Origin: Hyaloraphidium curvatum SAG 235-1
Taxonomy: Eukaryota; Fungi; Monoblepharomycota
Assembly: GCA_025558095.1 (NCBI GenBank)
Contig: JAIVFI010000026.1
Coordinates: forward strand, 551,045 to 615,044
Direction of reading: 5' to 3'
Length of the DNA stretch: 64,000 bases
Below, piece by piece: positions 11,174 to 22,407 of the stretch; positions within the stretch are counted from its first letter, which is position 1, and every line of letters starts with the position of its first letter. Under the pieces are notes generated by a model. That model made no database searches. It had not been told where the DNA came from and was given only the letters and a program-made list of their open reading frames with translations. Position numbers and translations under genes: made by a program.

Positions 11174-12232
11174 CTACCGGCCCGCCCCGTCCGCCTCCAG
11201 CAGTGAGGCAAAGTGCCTCCCCAGCATCGCCGAGAGCCGCATGAAGGTCCCCGGCATGTGGCAGCGGATCCAGTAGATGACGCGCTCGATGAATGCCGGG
11301 GCCAGCATGACCACGGGCTCGGGGTCGTTGGAGAAGAGCCGCGCGGCGATCTCCCTGGCGACGCACTCGGGCCGAAGCATGCGGTCCAGGGGCATCGTTC
11401 CGTCCTGGACCTTACCCACGGCCGCGACCACCCGCTCCGCCCCGCCGTATTTGTTTGCCGGGTCCACCCCCTCCGCCTCCTTCCGCCCCGCCTCCAGCTC
11501 CGCCCACCAGGTCCGCTCCCTTCCTGCTCGATCCTTCATCGCCTCCCACATCGCCGTGTGCACCTCGAACGGGCGCACCTCGACGACGTCGATCCCGTGC
11601 GCCGCGGCCTCGTCCCGAACAACGTCCGCGAAGCCAGACGCGGCGGCCTTGGAGGCGTGGTAGGGTCCCAGTAGCGGGATGTGGACGACGGCGTTGGCGG
11701 AGGTGACGACGACGATCTTGGGGCGGAGGGAGCCGGTGCGGCGGGAGCTTGCGGCGGCGCGGTGCAGGAGGTGCGAGACGGCCACGGTGCACCGCACGAC
11801 GCCGAGGAAGTTGACGTCGAGCACCCTCCTGTAGCTCTCCACGGCGGCCAGGTCCCACGGGAACACGGGCCCCGCGACGCCCGCCACGTTGCAGACGGCA
11901 TGCAGCCCGCCGTCGCCGCATTCGCCGTCCGCGATCGCGCGCATCGCAGCGACCGACGCGGCGTCGGTCACGTCGAGCCGGAACGCGCGCACGTTGTCCA
12001 GCGCGGCCAGCGCGGCGACGCCGCCGTCGGTGAAGCAGCCGGCGAGCACGCGGACGCCGTCGGCGGCGAGCGCGCGCACGAGCGCGTGGCCGATGCCGCC
12101 CGCGTCGGCGCCCGTGACGACCACGTGGCTGCCCGGCGGGGGCGCGACGGGGGCGGAGACCGCGCGGCGCACGATGCGGTACGCGCAGTAGGAAAACGCC
12201 GCAGCGGCGATAGCGAGGAGAGGGCGAGGCAT
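11174..12232 (-). CDS. Short-chain dehydrogenase/reductase with N-terminal anchor (retinol/hydroxysteroid dehydrogenase-like)
   Basis: VVVTGADAGGIG, LDVTD, NVAGV, VNFLG, YHASK catalytic motif. Confidence 0.9.
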   Translation of the reverse strand: MPRPLLAIAAAAFSYCAYRIVRRAVSAPVAPPPGSHVVVTGADAGGIGHALVRALAADGVRVLAGCFTDGGVAALAALDNVRAFRLDVTDAASVAAMRAIADGECGDGGLHAVCNVAGVAGPVFPWDLAAVESYRRVLDVNFLGVVRCTVAVSHLLHRAAASSRRTGSLRPKIVVVTSANAVVHIPLLGPYHASKAAASGFADVVRDEAAAHGIDVVEVRPFEVHTAMWEAMKDRAGRERTWWAELEAGRKEAEGVDPANKYGGAERVVAAVGKVQDGTMPLDRMLRPECVAREIAARLFSNDPEPVVMLAPAFIERVIYWIRCHMPGTFMRLSAMLGRHFASLLEADGAGR

Positions 12233-12629
12233 TTCGTCGGCGAGGGGCGGATTCGCGGCGGGGTGGGCCATCCGGGAATGTTCGACGCTCGGCACCAGCC
12301 ATCCTCCTTCGAAACATCCACGATCTGAGGGTACCGCAGCAAAGCACTTCGACGTGTTCAATCGAGACCAGATACAGACGCAGCATGACGTTCACGGTTG
12401 GCGACTTGCCGTGCCTTGCGGGGTACATGGCCTTGGGGGCGTTTAGAACCAGCTTGACGCCGCGCACCACGGAGGTCCAGATGCCCTAAATGCGAGCACG
12501 GTGAGCGCATGACGCCATCAAGACGCTTGGCTCCACCTTCTGTTTGCCGTCGATCGCCGAGAGCGCGTCTTGGAAGCCAACGGGCGATCAGCGCCTCACC
12601 TTGGCTCACGACAGGCCAACCCACGAAAT

Positions 12630-12790
12630 CCACGACCATCCCGTTGAGCAAATGGAGCAGGTACACGACGTAACCCTCTTTTGCGATGGAGTCGGCGATG
12701 AGCCGCGCGTTGGGAAACGTCCAGCCAAGGACGTCGTGCACTATGACGACGGCCTTGCCCGCCTTGCCCTCACCGCCCTTAGCAAAGTCT
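12630..12790 (-). pseudogene. Dienelactone hydrolase family N-terminal relic
   Basis: KAVVIVHDVLGWTFPNARLIADSIAKEGYVVY matches the DLH N-terminal block; I found no intact GxCxGG or rest of the gene. Confidence 0.6.
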
Positions 12791-13624
12791 GTGCGGGGAA
12801 AGCAAAGGCGGCGGCACGAAACCAAGGCAAAGAACGCGTCAAGATGGGATCCGAGAGAAGGAGATAGGGTCCGTGAACTCGGGCCTCGGCCCGCGAGACG
12901 CGTTTGACGCACACCAGTCAATCTCGCGAGCGGCCCCGGCCAAAATCCGGTCTGTCCTCCCTAGGCCGGCCCTGTGGCACGCCAAGCATTTGCAGCATGT
13001 CGCTCACCAACGTCTTCATCTAGAATGTTCGAGGCTCGGAAAGCAGCCAGTCGGAGGTCCCCCGCATTGCTTGCCGCGCGACCCGTCGGTCCTGCAGCTC
13101 ATGGCACCAGGCATCTCTACGCCGCCATAGCTTGGACGTAATGAGGCAGGCAACGCTGATGCCGCGATGGTGGCGATGAAACCCGGCTCACCGGGAGGGG
13201 ACGTATTCCCGTGAAGACTCGACGTAATCTGAGCCTCGGGGAGCGATACTGGGTCTAAAACGACGCGAATTCTCCGCATTTCGGTCCATTGCTATGCCTC
13301 ATCGTACAGATATGCGAATCAAGCGTAAGGGGAACAGCGCACCAGCCCGGGCGGAAGTTCCGTCGGCCGGCCACCCCGCCGAATACCCCGGCGCCCAGAA
13401 GGTTGAAAGCATGAGGATTTTCCCTTTCAATTTGTGCTGCTCCGGCCGCGAAAATATCCCTCGCGGAGGAGGAACTGAAGTCGACCGTCGGCGTCGCCAA
13501 GCATGAGCCGGCGGCGGCGACGCTTCGAGGGACACAGCATCGAGGACGCAGCACCTTGATTCAGGGCACCCGCATAAAAGGTGACACAGCAGTGCCGTTG
13601 CTCATCGACATCGCTGTTCCTCCA

Positions 13625-13935
13625 CGCGTTTCGCCTAGAGCCAAGATGCACCGCGGCTTCGTCGCCCTCTTCCTCTGCCTTTCCTACGCTCTCACTTCCC
13701 CCGGCGCCGTCACCGCCGCCCCCTCCGGCCCGACGGACCCCACCGCGCGCGCCGAAGCCCTCTTTGCCCGCGCAGAGTCGCGTTTCGCCTAGAGCCAAGA
13801 TGCACCGCGGCTTCGTCGCCCTCTTCCTCTGCCTTTCCTACGCTCTCACTTCCCCCGGCGCCGTCACCGCCGCCCCCTCCGGCCCGACGGACCCCACCGC
13901 GCGCGCCGAAGCCCTCTTTGCCCGCGCAGAGTCGC
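13625..13935 (+). repeat. 154-bp tandem duplication of the 5' end of a secreted-protein gene
   Basis: Apparently identical copies with ATGs at 13646 and 13800; the first copy stops at TAG 13790-13792. Confidence 0.9.
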
Positions 13936-14394
13936 TGTTCGCCGAGCTCGAGGGCATCCGCGCGGCTCTCGGTTCGCTTTCGAAGGGCGAGGCGAAGTCC
14001 CGCGTCGAGGAGCGCCAAGACTGCAGCATCTTCGGGCCCAATTGCGAGAATTGCACCACCGCCGCCGCGTTCCAGCAGTACTACGAGTCGTGCTTCGGGG
14101 CCAGGATGACGGCCGCCGCCGCCGCCGCCGGGTGGGTACCACCCCTTCCGAAAGACATCGTCAGCGTGCGACGGCCGGGCCAACCCATCCCTTCGGTCCC
14201 GCAGATTCGGCCGCTTCGCGGTGTACCAGGCCCTCCTCACGAGCCGCCCCAACGGCCTCGTGCCGCGCACCGCCGCGCTCGAACTGATGACGGCCAGCAA
14301 GCAGTCGTTCCTCAACGACGTGGCAAGCACCGTGAACAGGCTGTGCAACTCGGGGATCCCCAACGTGGGGGGCAGGAACGTTTGCTGGTCGTGA
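13800..14394 (+). CDS. Small secreted Cys-containing protein; intron at 14132-14204
   Basis: Signal peptide MHRGFVALFLCLSYAL; EERQ processing-like site; the spliced frame ends RLCNSGIPNVGGRNVCWS*. Confidence 0.7.
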
Positions 14395-14638
14395 GGAGGG
14401 GGGAGGGAGTTGCGAGGGAGGGGGGGACGGGTGGAGGTGCTGTACAGAGGATTTGGAGAATGATCATCGTCTATCTGACGCTACAGTCCTTCAAAGCATA
14501 TCCAGATCTTTGATTCTTGTGCTGCGGTAGCTTCCATCCGTCCTACGAAAGGGGTGCCTCGCGTAGCCGCCTTCGCCACTCCAGCAGACGCCACCGGAAC
14601 GCCGCGGTCAACATCGACTCACCTTCCACCTCCACACG

Positions 14639-16621
14639 ATGTCCGCCTCCGCCCGCCGCGCCGTCTCGGACCTCCATGCTCTTCTCGCCCGCGGCGCCGA
14701 CCGCAACGACCCCGCCCTCCTCCAGTCGTGCTTCTGGCCCGGCGCCGCGGCCGACCTCCCGCCGCACCGCGGCCGCGCCGAGATGCTCCCCGCGGCGCTC
14801 GACGCGACGCACCTCCGCTGCACGCGCCACACGCTGTCGAATCTGACGGCCGCGTTCGACGGGCAGAGGTGCGCGGGGGAGGTGTACGTGCGGCTGGACG
14901 CGGCGTGGGGCGTGGGGGACACTCCGGATCTGGAGCTGCATACCGTGTTGGGGAGGTGGCTGACGCGTGCCGAGAAGAGGGGCAGCGAGTGGCGCTTCTC
15001 GTGGGTTGCACTTCGACGCGGCCTCGTCATTGGAGAGCAGAAGTTGAGGCATCGGGCCACCACAGGTCGGCCAAGTTCCTCTACGACTGGTCCACCGCCG
15101 AGCGCGTCCCCGACGCCCTCGTCCTCATCGCCCCCGCGGCCCCCACCTCCGTCATCCCCAACCGCGCCGGCATCGTCGGCGTGCGGGACCCGCTCTCCTC
15201 CTCCGAAGCGGAGCGGCGCGACCCTTCGTACGAGGTGCTCCCCAACGCGCTGGCGGCGTCGTCGGCCGCCGAGGGAGGGGACGGGTGGGCCCTGGATGCG
15301 GCGAGGATCGAGGAGGCGATGGTGCGCTACGCCCGGGCGGTGGACAGGAACGATCTGGAAGCGGTCAGGGCGGGGACCTTCTGGCCGGAAGCCGAGATCG
15401 CCATCGGGGTTCGTGCCATGCGCGGCGGCCGTCGTTCCCGACCGCCGCCCTTACCACCTTGGGTCACGAACAGGGCTTCGTCGGCGACCTCCCCGGCTAC
15501 CTCGAATGGCTCGGCCGGTTCAACCGCTCCGCCGTCGCGCGGTTCCACAACATCACCAACGCGCTCGTGAGGCCCGCGGGGCCGGATGCTGCGGTCAGCG
15601 AGTGCTACATGGACGCGCACAACGTGCGCAAGTCGAAAGCCGGGGTGGATGAAGATCGGTGGGGGTACGGGCGCTACGTCGATAAGTGGGAGAGGAGGAA
15701 CGGGGTGTGGAAGATCATGTGGGTACCACCGGGAGAGGCGCTGGGGACCTTTGCTCACTTCGCACTATCCCTGCCGTGCTTGTGCCCACAGATCCCGCAA
15801 GCTCATCAACGACTTTGCCCGCACCGTCCCGCACCACCCCCCCGCGCACCTGGAACCCACCATGGCCCGGGGCTCCTCCCTCGACGACCGCTCCTTTGCC
15901 CTGCTCCCCGCCTCCCCGCTCGCGCTGTCGCCCGAGCTCCTGGCCGCGCGCGACGAGATCGCCGCGAAGCTGGTGCGCTACTGCAGGCTGGTGGACCGGT
16001 TCGACGAGCGCGCACTGGGGTGGGAGGGCAACGGCGCCGGGGACCTGTTCTGGCCGGATGCGTACCTCGATTTCGGGGTGGGTGTCCGCAGGGGGCTTAC
16101 CATCCAGTTCGAGACACAAGGCTTACCGCCCACACCCACAGAACCCCCAAGGCCTCCCCGAATCCTTCTTCCCCTCCCTGATCCGCGGCATCAGCACCGC
16201 CCCCCGCAACCAGCACCGTCTCTCCAACCCCCTCGTCGCCTTCTCCTCCCCTTCGTCCGCGGCGTCCGAGAGCTACGTCGTCGCGAGGAGGCTGGTGGGC
16301 AAGCCGGGGGGGAAGACGCTGGCCGATAGGACGCTCGCCGGGAGGTACCTCGACCGCTGGGAGAAGCGCAACGGCGTGTGGAAGATCGCGGGGAGGACGC
16401 TGGTGGGTCGCTTCCGATCCGCGGCGGCGCGCGGGCCGCTGATCCGCCCGCACGTCCAGGTGATCGACTTTGTCCGCATCGAAAAGGGCCTGCGCGAGGG
16501 CGACGCCGCCGACTGGCTGGGCACGGGCAAGGCCATGGAGGCGGAGCACGGGCGCAGGGGGACGGGGATGGACGCGAGCTTCGCGTGGCTGGGCGAGTCG
16601 GACGGGAAGCTGAAGCTGTGA
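14639..16621 (+). CDS. Triple SnoaL-like (NTF2 fold) domain protein; introns 15001-15065, 15409-15473, 15719-15791, 16078-16141, 16403-16459
   Basis: Three repeats of the pattern RYxRxxDR..FWPxA..H..SN..GRYxDxWExRxGxWKI; the predicted introns keep the frame. Confidence 0.8.
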
Positions 16622-16843
16622 TTGGACGGCGATCGCTGGGGAGACGAAGGAATCGAATCGCTTGCTGCGCCGAAGACATTGCATTTTGTTGCTGGCGAGG
16701 GGGAGCGAAGTCCGGCGGAAAGTTCGATCGTCGCTGCCTCCACGGAAAGTCGCCTCTGCGCCGCGCCGCAGAAACACCGCCGTGAACGTGAACCCGTGGA
16801 CAGCACGGACTTCAAAGCTTCTCTAAGCGACCCGTCGTCCGTC

Positions 16844-18453
16844 ATGGGCCCCGAAGCGCCGGAGCCCGCGTGGCCCGAGGCATTCACGCCCGCCGTCTGG
16901 GCCGCCCTCTTCCCCGCCTACCCGACGCCGCCGCCCCCGACGGACATGCCGGCCGACCTCGCACGCGTCGCAAAGCCCGCCGTCGCCGACGAGGCGCGCG
17001 CCGCGAGGCCGATGACCCTCGCTGCGCTTCTTGAGGGCCTCAAGGACGCGCCACTGATGCGCGGACTGCTGCGGTTGCAGGTGGCCGTTGTCAAACGGAC
17101 TTCAGGGAACGCGTTCTACGCTCTCGCGAGGGCACTTTACGTGGCGCTGCGGGTGGGGGCCATGCCGGCGCTCGCCTGGGTCGGGAACAGGCCCTACGGG
17201 CTGTTCGGGGATAAGCAGCTCGTGGCCATGACCGTCGCGTTCGTCGTGCAGGACGTGATCTGGGAGGTCGGGATGCTCCGGGGACGGGCGTTCGCCAAGG
17301 AGAAGGAGGCTCCCGTTCGGACCCCGCAGGCTGCGGACGAGCGGTCGCCGCTAGACAATCATCCGCTGGCGGGCCTGGCGAGGTACCGGTTCCTTGAACA
17401 GGACACATCGGACCCCGAGAGTCCCGCGGGCGAACTGGCCCACTATCTTTTGCAACACCGGCCGGATGACCCGTTCTGCTCCTGCCCGAGAAGGACCTGC
17501 ACGGGATACCAACTGAAGGCGGCACCAGCTCTGAGTTTTGTCGAATTCACTGGAAGCTTGGTTGTGTTGCTCGTCGTTTACACCATTCTCAGCTTCTGGA
17601 CCGTCTTCGTGACCTTTGGCGGATTCACATTCAGTTCACCTTGGGCCGGCACCATCGCTGCTTTCGCAACGGCGTACATTTCTGCGTACCTGCTCTACCT
17701 GGCGATCGGTGCTAATCTGAATCAGTCTAACGTCGCGGTGTTTGGCCTCGAGATGCGCCTGCGGCGCCGTGCCGTGGAATACTGCCTGTCACAGCTCACC
17801 AATCGGATTGAAGGCCATCTGGCCGACGCGGAGCAGGAGTGGAAGCCGCAGGCTGCGGAGTCGGAGCCGTATATCGTGCTCCACGCCGCCTTGGCATCGT
17901 CATGGAGCACACGTCTTGCCATCGGCGACAGCGTCCGATTTTCGCTGGCTGTGGGGTTCGTGGGCGATCTAACGGCTCTATCTATCGTCATGGTGAGTCG
18001 CTGCCCTGACTTCTCTGCTGATCAGCCTGACACTAGTGCTGTGCGTTGCAGCTTTCAACGTCCTGCATCGCCGCCCCGTTCGTCAGCAGCCTGTTCTGGT
18101 CCCTGGCGGTACTCTTCCTCCTGGATCTCGTCAACCTCGCCGCCGCCAACGCCGAGACCTCTCGCATCTCAGCGCTCTACTCGTCCGCCGCCTACACCCT
18201 CCGCTCCCTCGCCCTGCGCGCCGGCGGCCCCTCGCAGCTGACCAACGCGATCCAATGGCATGAGGCCATACTGCGGGGGTTTGCGGACGCCGACGCTTAC
18301 AGGGCGAGGTTCTTCGGCGTGCCCGTGACCCCGGCGGTGGTGAGGACGGCGGCTGTGACGGCGTTCACGGTCGGCGTGGGCATGTGGAGCGTGCTCAGGG
18401 GCGCGGGGATCGGGGTCACCATCGAGATGGCGTGCCCGTCGGGGAACAGCTAG
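16844..18453 (+). CDS. Seven-TM family paralog; intron at 17993-18051
   Basis: HPLAGLARY, CSCPRRTC, EPYIVLHAALASSW, AAANAE..LY and RFFGVPVT..TVGVGMWSVLRG are shared with 9334-10746. Confidence 0.75.
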
Positions 18454-18793
18454 TCGTTCGATTCGGCACGTCATGTGAATTTGAACGACACGATGTTGCG
18501 AGATGGTCGGTTACGTTGGGAATTGCACGCTCGTGAGGGCGGGATGAATCTGCCGGGAGAGCAGATGGGGAAGGAGTGTGAGGCGAGCCGGCCCGGCTGC
18601 GGCAGTCGGGCGCCAAAGCGAAGCTGCCATCAGGTGAATGGCAGCCAGCGAAGGTAAGTTATATGCGGCCGGAGTGACATGGAGCCTGGTGATTGGGGGA
18701 TCTGAGGGGACCTTGCGGGGCGTGGTCGGAGTTTGGGGAGGGTCCGTCAGCCGCAGCCGCCGCCCCAACATCCCAGCAGCACGGAACAGAATC

Positions 18794-21160
18794 ATGCGAC
18801 CTGCCCCCTGGCCGTACCTGCGGCCGTTGCCGCACCGCTGTTATGCTACAGCAGCTGCGGTGGGCGCCGCCGAGCGGACGCTGCCGGCGTTTGGGGCCGA
18901 GGACGCGAGGAGGCTCACGAGGGCCTTCGCCCCGGCGAACTCGCCGGCGTTCGCCGCCGACTCGCTTCGCGCCCGCGTCGACCGGATCCGGATATTTGGC
19001 GATGGGGACGGCGCCGAGGCAGATTCCCGGGCCCGGAAGCTGCTCGTCTGGCTGTGGATCCGCGACTCGTTCCGGCGGACCGCTCGGCCCCTCTCCGTCG
19101 GCCCGGGCGGCCTGCTCCGCCCCGCGACCCGGCCGACGTTCGAATTTGCCCGCACTTTGGACTACCATGTCGCCCTCTTCGACACCCTGACCGTGCAGGT
19201 GGCCCAGGAAGGGGCGTTCGGGAGGAGGGACAAGCTGGTCACCAGGTTCTCGGTGCCGCTCCGGTCCGTCGCCGCCTCCCTCGAGGCCCAACCGGGATCC
19301 GAGGAAGGCACTCAGCTGACATTGAAGGCGACCATCGAGTTTCCGGCCGGGGACACGCAGTCGTTCCTCGAGGCGGAGGACTTTCTCCGGCCGGTCGGTC
19401 AGCTGCCCCGGCCGCGGGTTCCCGGCGGCGAGATCGACCTCCTCTTGACCCTCTACCACGCGGGCCATGATCAACCTGCGCCAGAGCGGCCGAGCTCGCC
19501 GGTCACGGCAACCACTCCGGCCGAGGCTGTCTCTGTCGACTTTCGGTCTCGACTGGCCGCGATTGACCTCCCTGCTCTGGCATCCAGAGTCGTCGCGGCC
19601 GTCAACCCTGCCCCGAAGCAGGACCCAGACGCCGACGGCGACCGCCCGACCTATACCCGCACCCACCTGACGCCCTTCCACATCATCCGGGACCGCTTCT
19701 TCCCTGTCCTCGCGCCCTTCCTGTTCCCCGACACACGGCACCGCGACGCCTTCCTCAACTCGGCCAAGGACGTTGACTCGCTGCTCGCCGCCTGGTTTGG
19801 CATCACCAACATCGTCACCCCGCGGCGTTGGATGTCGGCGTGGGACGCGCTCAAGCTCGTCGAGGGGGACGAGGCCCGGCGCCCGCCCGACGGGAGGGGC
19901 AAGCCGGCCGACCCGCGGCTGTTTACCGATGCCGCGCGGTGGATCAAGCACGCTCGAGCGGCCTACGGACGGAGCGCGGGGCAGGGGCTTTTGGCATCCC
20001 AAGCGGCTTCCGAGGGCGCCCGGAGCGGGTTCCGGCTGGCCGCCTCCACGGCCTCGCTCAGGAAGCTCCTCGACTTCCGCCGCAGCCCGGCGCAGCGCAC
20101 CCACTTCTTCCCCGAAGACGAGCAGATCCTCGCCTCGTACGTCCGCGACGCCGCGCACCGCGACGCGGCCCGCGAGCGCGCCGGCGCAGAGCGTTACCTC
20201 GCCCTCGCCGACTCCGACGCCTCGATCCTGTACTGGGCCTCGCGGTACGAGTCGGTCTCGCACCCGGTGTTCTACGCCGCGCATGCGCGCGAGGACGGGC
20301 CCGGGGGTGGGGCGCTGGTTTTGTCTTTGAGGGGGACGTGGAGCGTCGAGGCGCTGGTGAGCGATTTGGCCGCGCACTACACCCCCGCCGCGGGTTTCCT
20401 CGCCAACCTGGGGCGGCGGATATCAGCGGAGGGGTGGGATGGGACCACGCTGGACCAAGGCGTCGCCCACCACGGCTTTCTGGCCGCTGCTTCGGCGCTG
20501 GTCTCGGAGTACGCCAGCCTTCTCGAATCGCTGGTCCTCGGCTACCGCCCCTCCCGTATCGTCCTGACCGGGCACTCATACGGAGCTGCCACCGCCACCC
20601 TCCTCGGCGCGGCCCTCGCGCACGGCGGCTGGCTTGACAAGTGGGCCTCGTTCGGCCTGCCCGGCCTGCGGGCCGAGGTCTTTGCCTTTGCCCCCGTGCC
20701 CGTCGCCAGCCCGCAGCTCGCTTCCCTCCTCTCCTCCCCCGGCGCTCGGGATCGGCTCGCCGTGCGCAACCTCGCCATGCACCTCGACGAGGTCCCCCGG
20801 ATCTCGTACGGCGCCCTGCTCGACCTCCGCGAGCGCGTGGTGTTTGCCGAGTCCGTGCTCCGCGGGCTTCCCCCCGGCACGGACCGCACGGCGGAGCTCC
20901 GCGCCCGCCTGGCGGACCGCCGCCGCGGGCTCGAGGCGCGGGGGTGGTCGGGCCACCCCAAGCTGCAGTTGCTCGGCGAGACGGCGGTTCTCCGCGAGGA
21001 CGGGGGACAGTGGGGCGCAGAAGTGATGGGACCGTGCGAGATGCTCGGGGTGCGGGCGAGGGGAGCCAGGGAGTGGATCGGGTGGCATGCGCTGGAGAGG
21101 ATGGAGGAGGCAGTGGGGCATCTGGCGGGCGAGAGGGGGGAGGCGGCGGCGTGTGCGTAG
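18794..21160 (+). CDS. Class 3 lipase domain protein with long N-terminal region (possible mitochondrial presequence)
   Basis: LVLSLRGT..D, AHHGF, IVLTGHSYGAATA, DEVPRI, C-terminal H. Confidence 0.85.
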   Translation: MRPAPWPYLRPLPHRCYATAAAVGAAERTLPAFGAEDARRLTRAFAPANSPAFAADSLRARVDRIRIFGDGDGAEADSRARKLLVWLWIRDSFRRTARPLSVGPGGLLRPATRPTFEFARTLDYHVALFDTLTVQVAQEGAFGRRDKLVTRFSVPLRSVAASLEAQPGSEEGTQLTLKATIEFPAGDTQSFLEAEDFLRPVGQLPRPRVPGGEIDLLLTLYHAGHDQPAPERPSSPVTATTPAEAVSVDFRSRLAAIDLPALASRVVAAVNPAPKQDPDADGDRPTYTRTHLTPFHIIRDRFFPVLAPFLFPDTRHRDAFLNSAKDVDSLLAAWFGITNIVTPRRWMSAWDALKLVEGDEARRPPDGRGKPADPRLFTDAARWIKHARAAYGRSAGQGLLASQAASEGARSGFRLAASTASLRKLLDFRRSPAQRTHFFPEDEQILASYVRDAAHRDAARERAGAERYLALADSDASILYWASRYESVSHPVFYAAHAREDGPGGGALVLSLRGTWSVEALVSDLAAHYTPAAGFLANLGRRISAEGWDGTTLDQGVAHHGFLAAASALVSEYASLLESLVLGYRPSRIVLTGHSYGAATATLLGAALAHGGWLDKWASFGLPGLRAEVFAFAPVPVASPQLASLLSSPGARDRLAVRNLAMHLDEVPRISYGALLDLRERVVFAESVLRGLPPGTDRTAELRARLADRRRGLEARGWSGHPKLQLLGETAVLREDGGQWGAEVMGPCEMLGVRARGAREWIGWHALERMEEAVGHLAGERGEAAACA

Positions 21161-21396
21161 CGCTCGACAGATTGGCTAGCTGGTGGAGCTTTCTCAGTTT
21201 CATCCGCCACCATAACATCGAGCGGACGGCGGAGGAGCTTCGAGACTTTTTGTATTGAAAGAAAGACTAAGAATCTATGTCCCTAGCAATGGTCCGGCTG
21301 TTGACGGCGCTGCCGCCTGCGTCCCTCGTTGCCGATCTTCGGGTGACTCACGAAGGCGCCAGCCGGGGTGCACTCCACTGTCTCCCACACTTCCAA

Positions 21397-22330
21397 TGTT
21401 CTGGGCCTGCATCCTCCTGCTCGTCATTCTGGCGCCCTCGTGCCCACCGGCGCGGCCGTCCGCCGTGCCCCTTCTCCACCCAATACCTCCGTTCCGGCCG
21501 CGCGGACCGGGCGACGGCATCCCGCTCCGACCGCCCCTGACCAACGTCACCGGCATCCTCTCGAGCGGAGACGATCCTGCGCCGACCGAAGTCCTCTGGG
21601 CGGTCCTTGACAAGGTCGGCAACGGTTTTCGGAGCTCCGTTAGGCTGCACTGACCGGTTGTCGGCGGGGCTTCTGACGTGACGACGTCCAGGCGCCGCAC
21701 TTCGTCGTCCAAGCGAGCTTCTACGGGCCCTCCACGGCAGTCGGCGCCTTTTCGTGGGATCTGCTCCCCAACAACACGGTGCGCGAGTCGGTGTCGGGGT
21801 GGAACGAGACGCGGCCGCCGCACCGCCCCGGATTTCTCCGCCCGGCGGCGCTCCGGCCGACCGGAGGAGGTGAATTGATGATTCCGGGGGAAGAAGCGGA
21901 AGCGTGGGTGCCCTTCCCTTGCCTCTGATGCAGCCGCTGAGTGGCAGATGACGAATGGACAGGTGGAACTCGGTGTCGTGGCGTGGAAGCTGCACACCGT
22001 CGCCATGGCGCTGCTCAGCAGGAAGCCCCTGCCGAAGTTGCCCTCCATGGGCACCAGCTGTTCCCGGCTTCCTTGCTCGACGGCCTTGACGGATGAGACA
22101 GGGTCGTTTACGCCGGCGGCGTTGCGGCGTGGAAGATGGCCATGGACGAGATCGAGGTCCTCGAGGAGCTCCTGGCGAGGCTCTACGGGCGGGACATGGT
22201 CACGGAGGAGCTGAGCGCGGCGCGGATCGACGGCGTGTGGAGGTGGTGGGGAGACCAGAACAGGATTCCGGCGCTCGAGAAGCAGGGGATCCGGGGGCCG
22301 GACAAGGCGGGCATCTTTGTCGCTGTGTGA
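21397..22330 (+). CDS. Putative multi-exon secreted protein of unknown function; exon structure uncertain
   Basis: Signal-peptide-like MFWACILLLVILAPSC; coding-like last segment MDEIEVLEELLARLYG..GIFVAV*. Confidence 0.4.
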
Positions 22331-22407
22331 TACCACGGGGCGTCTAAGCGGGGTGCGATCGTTATCGGGGTTTTGGCGACTCCCTACACGCCGCTACATT
22401 CTCGTCC

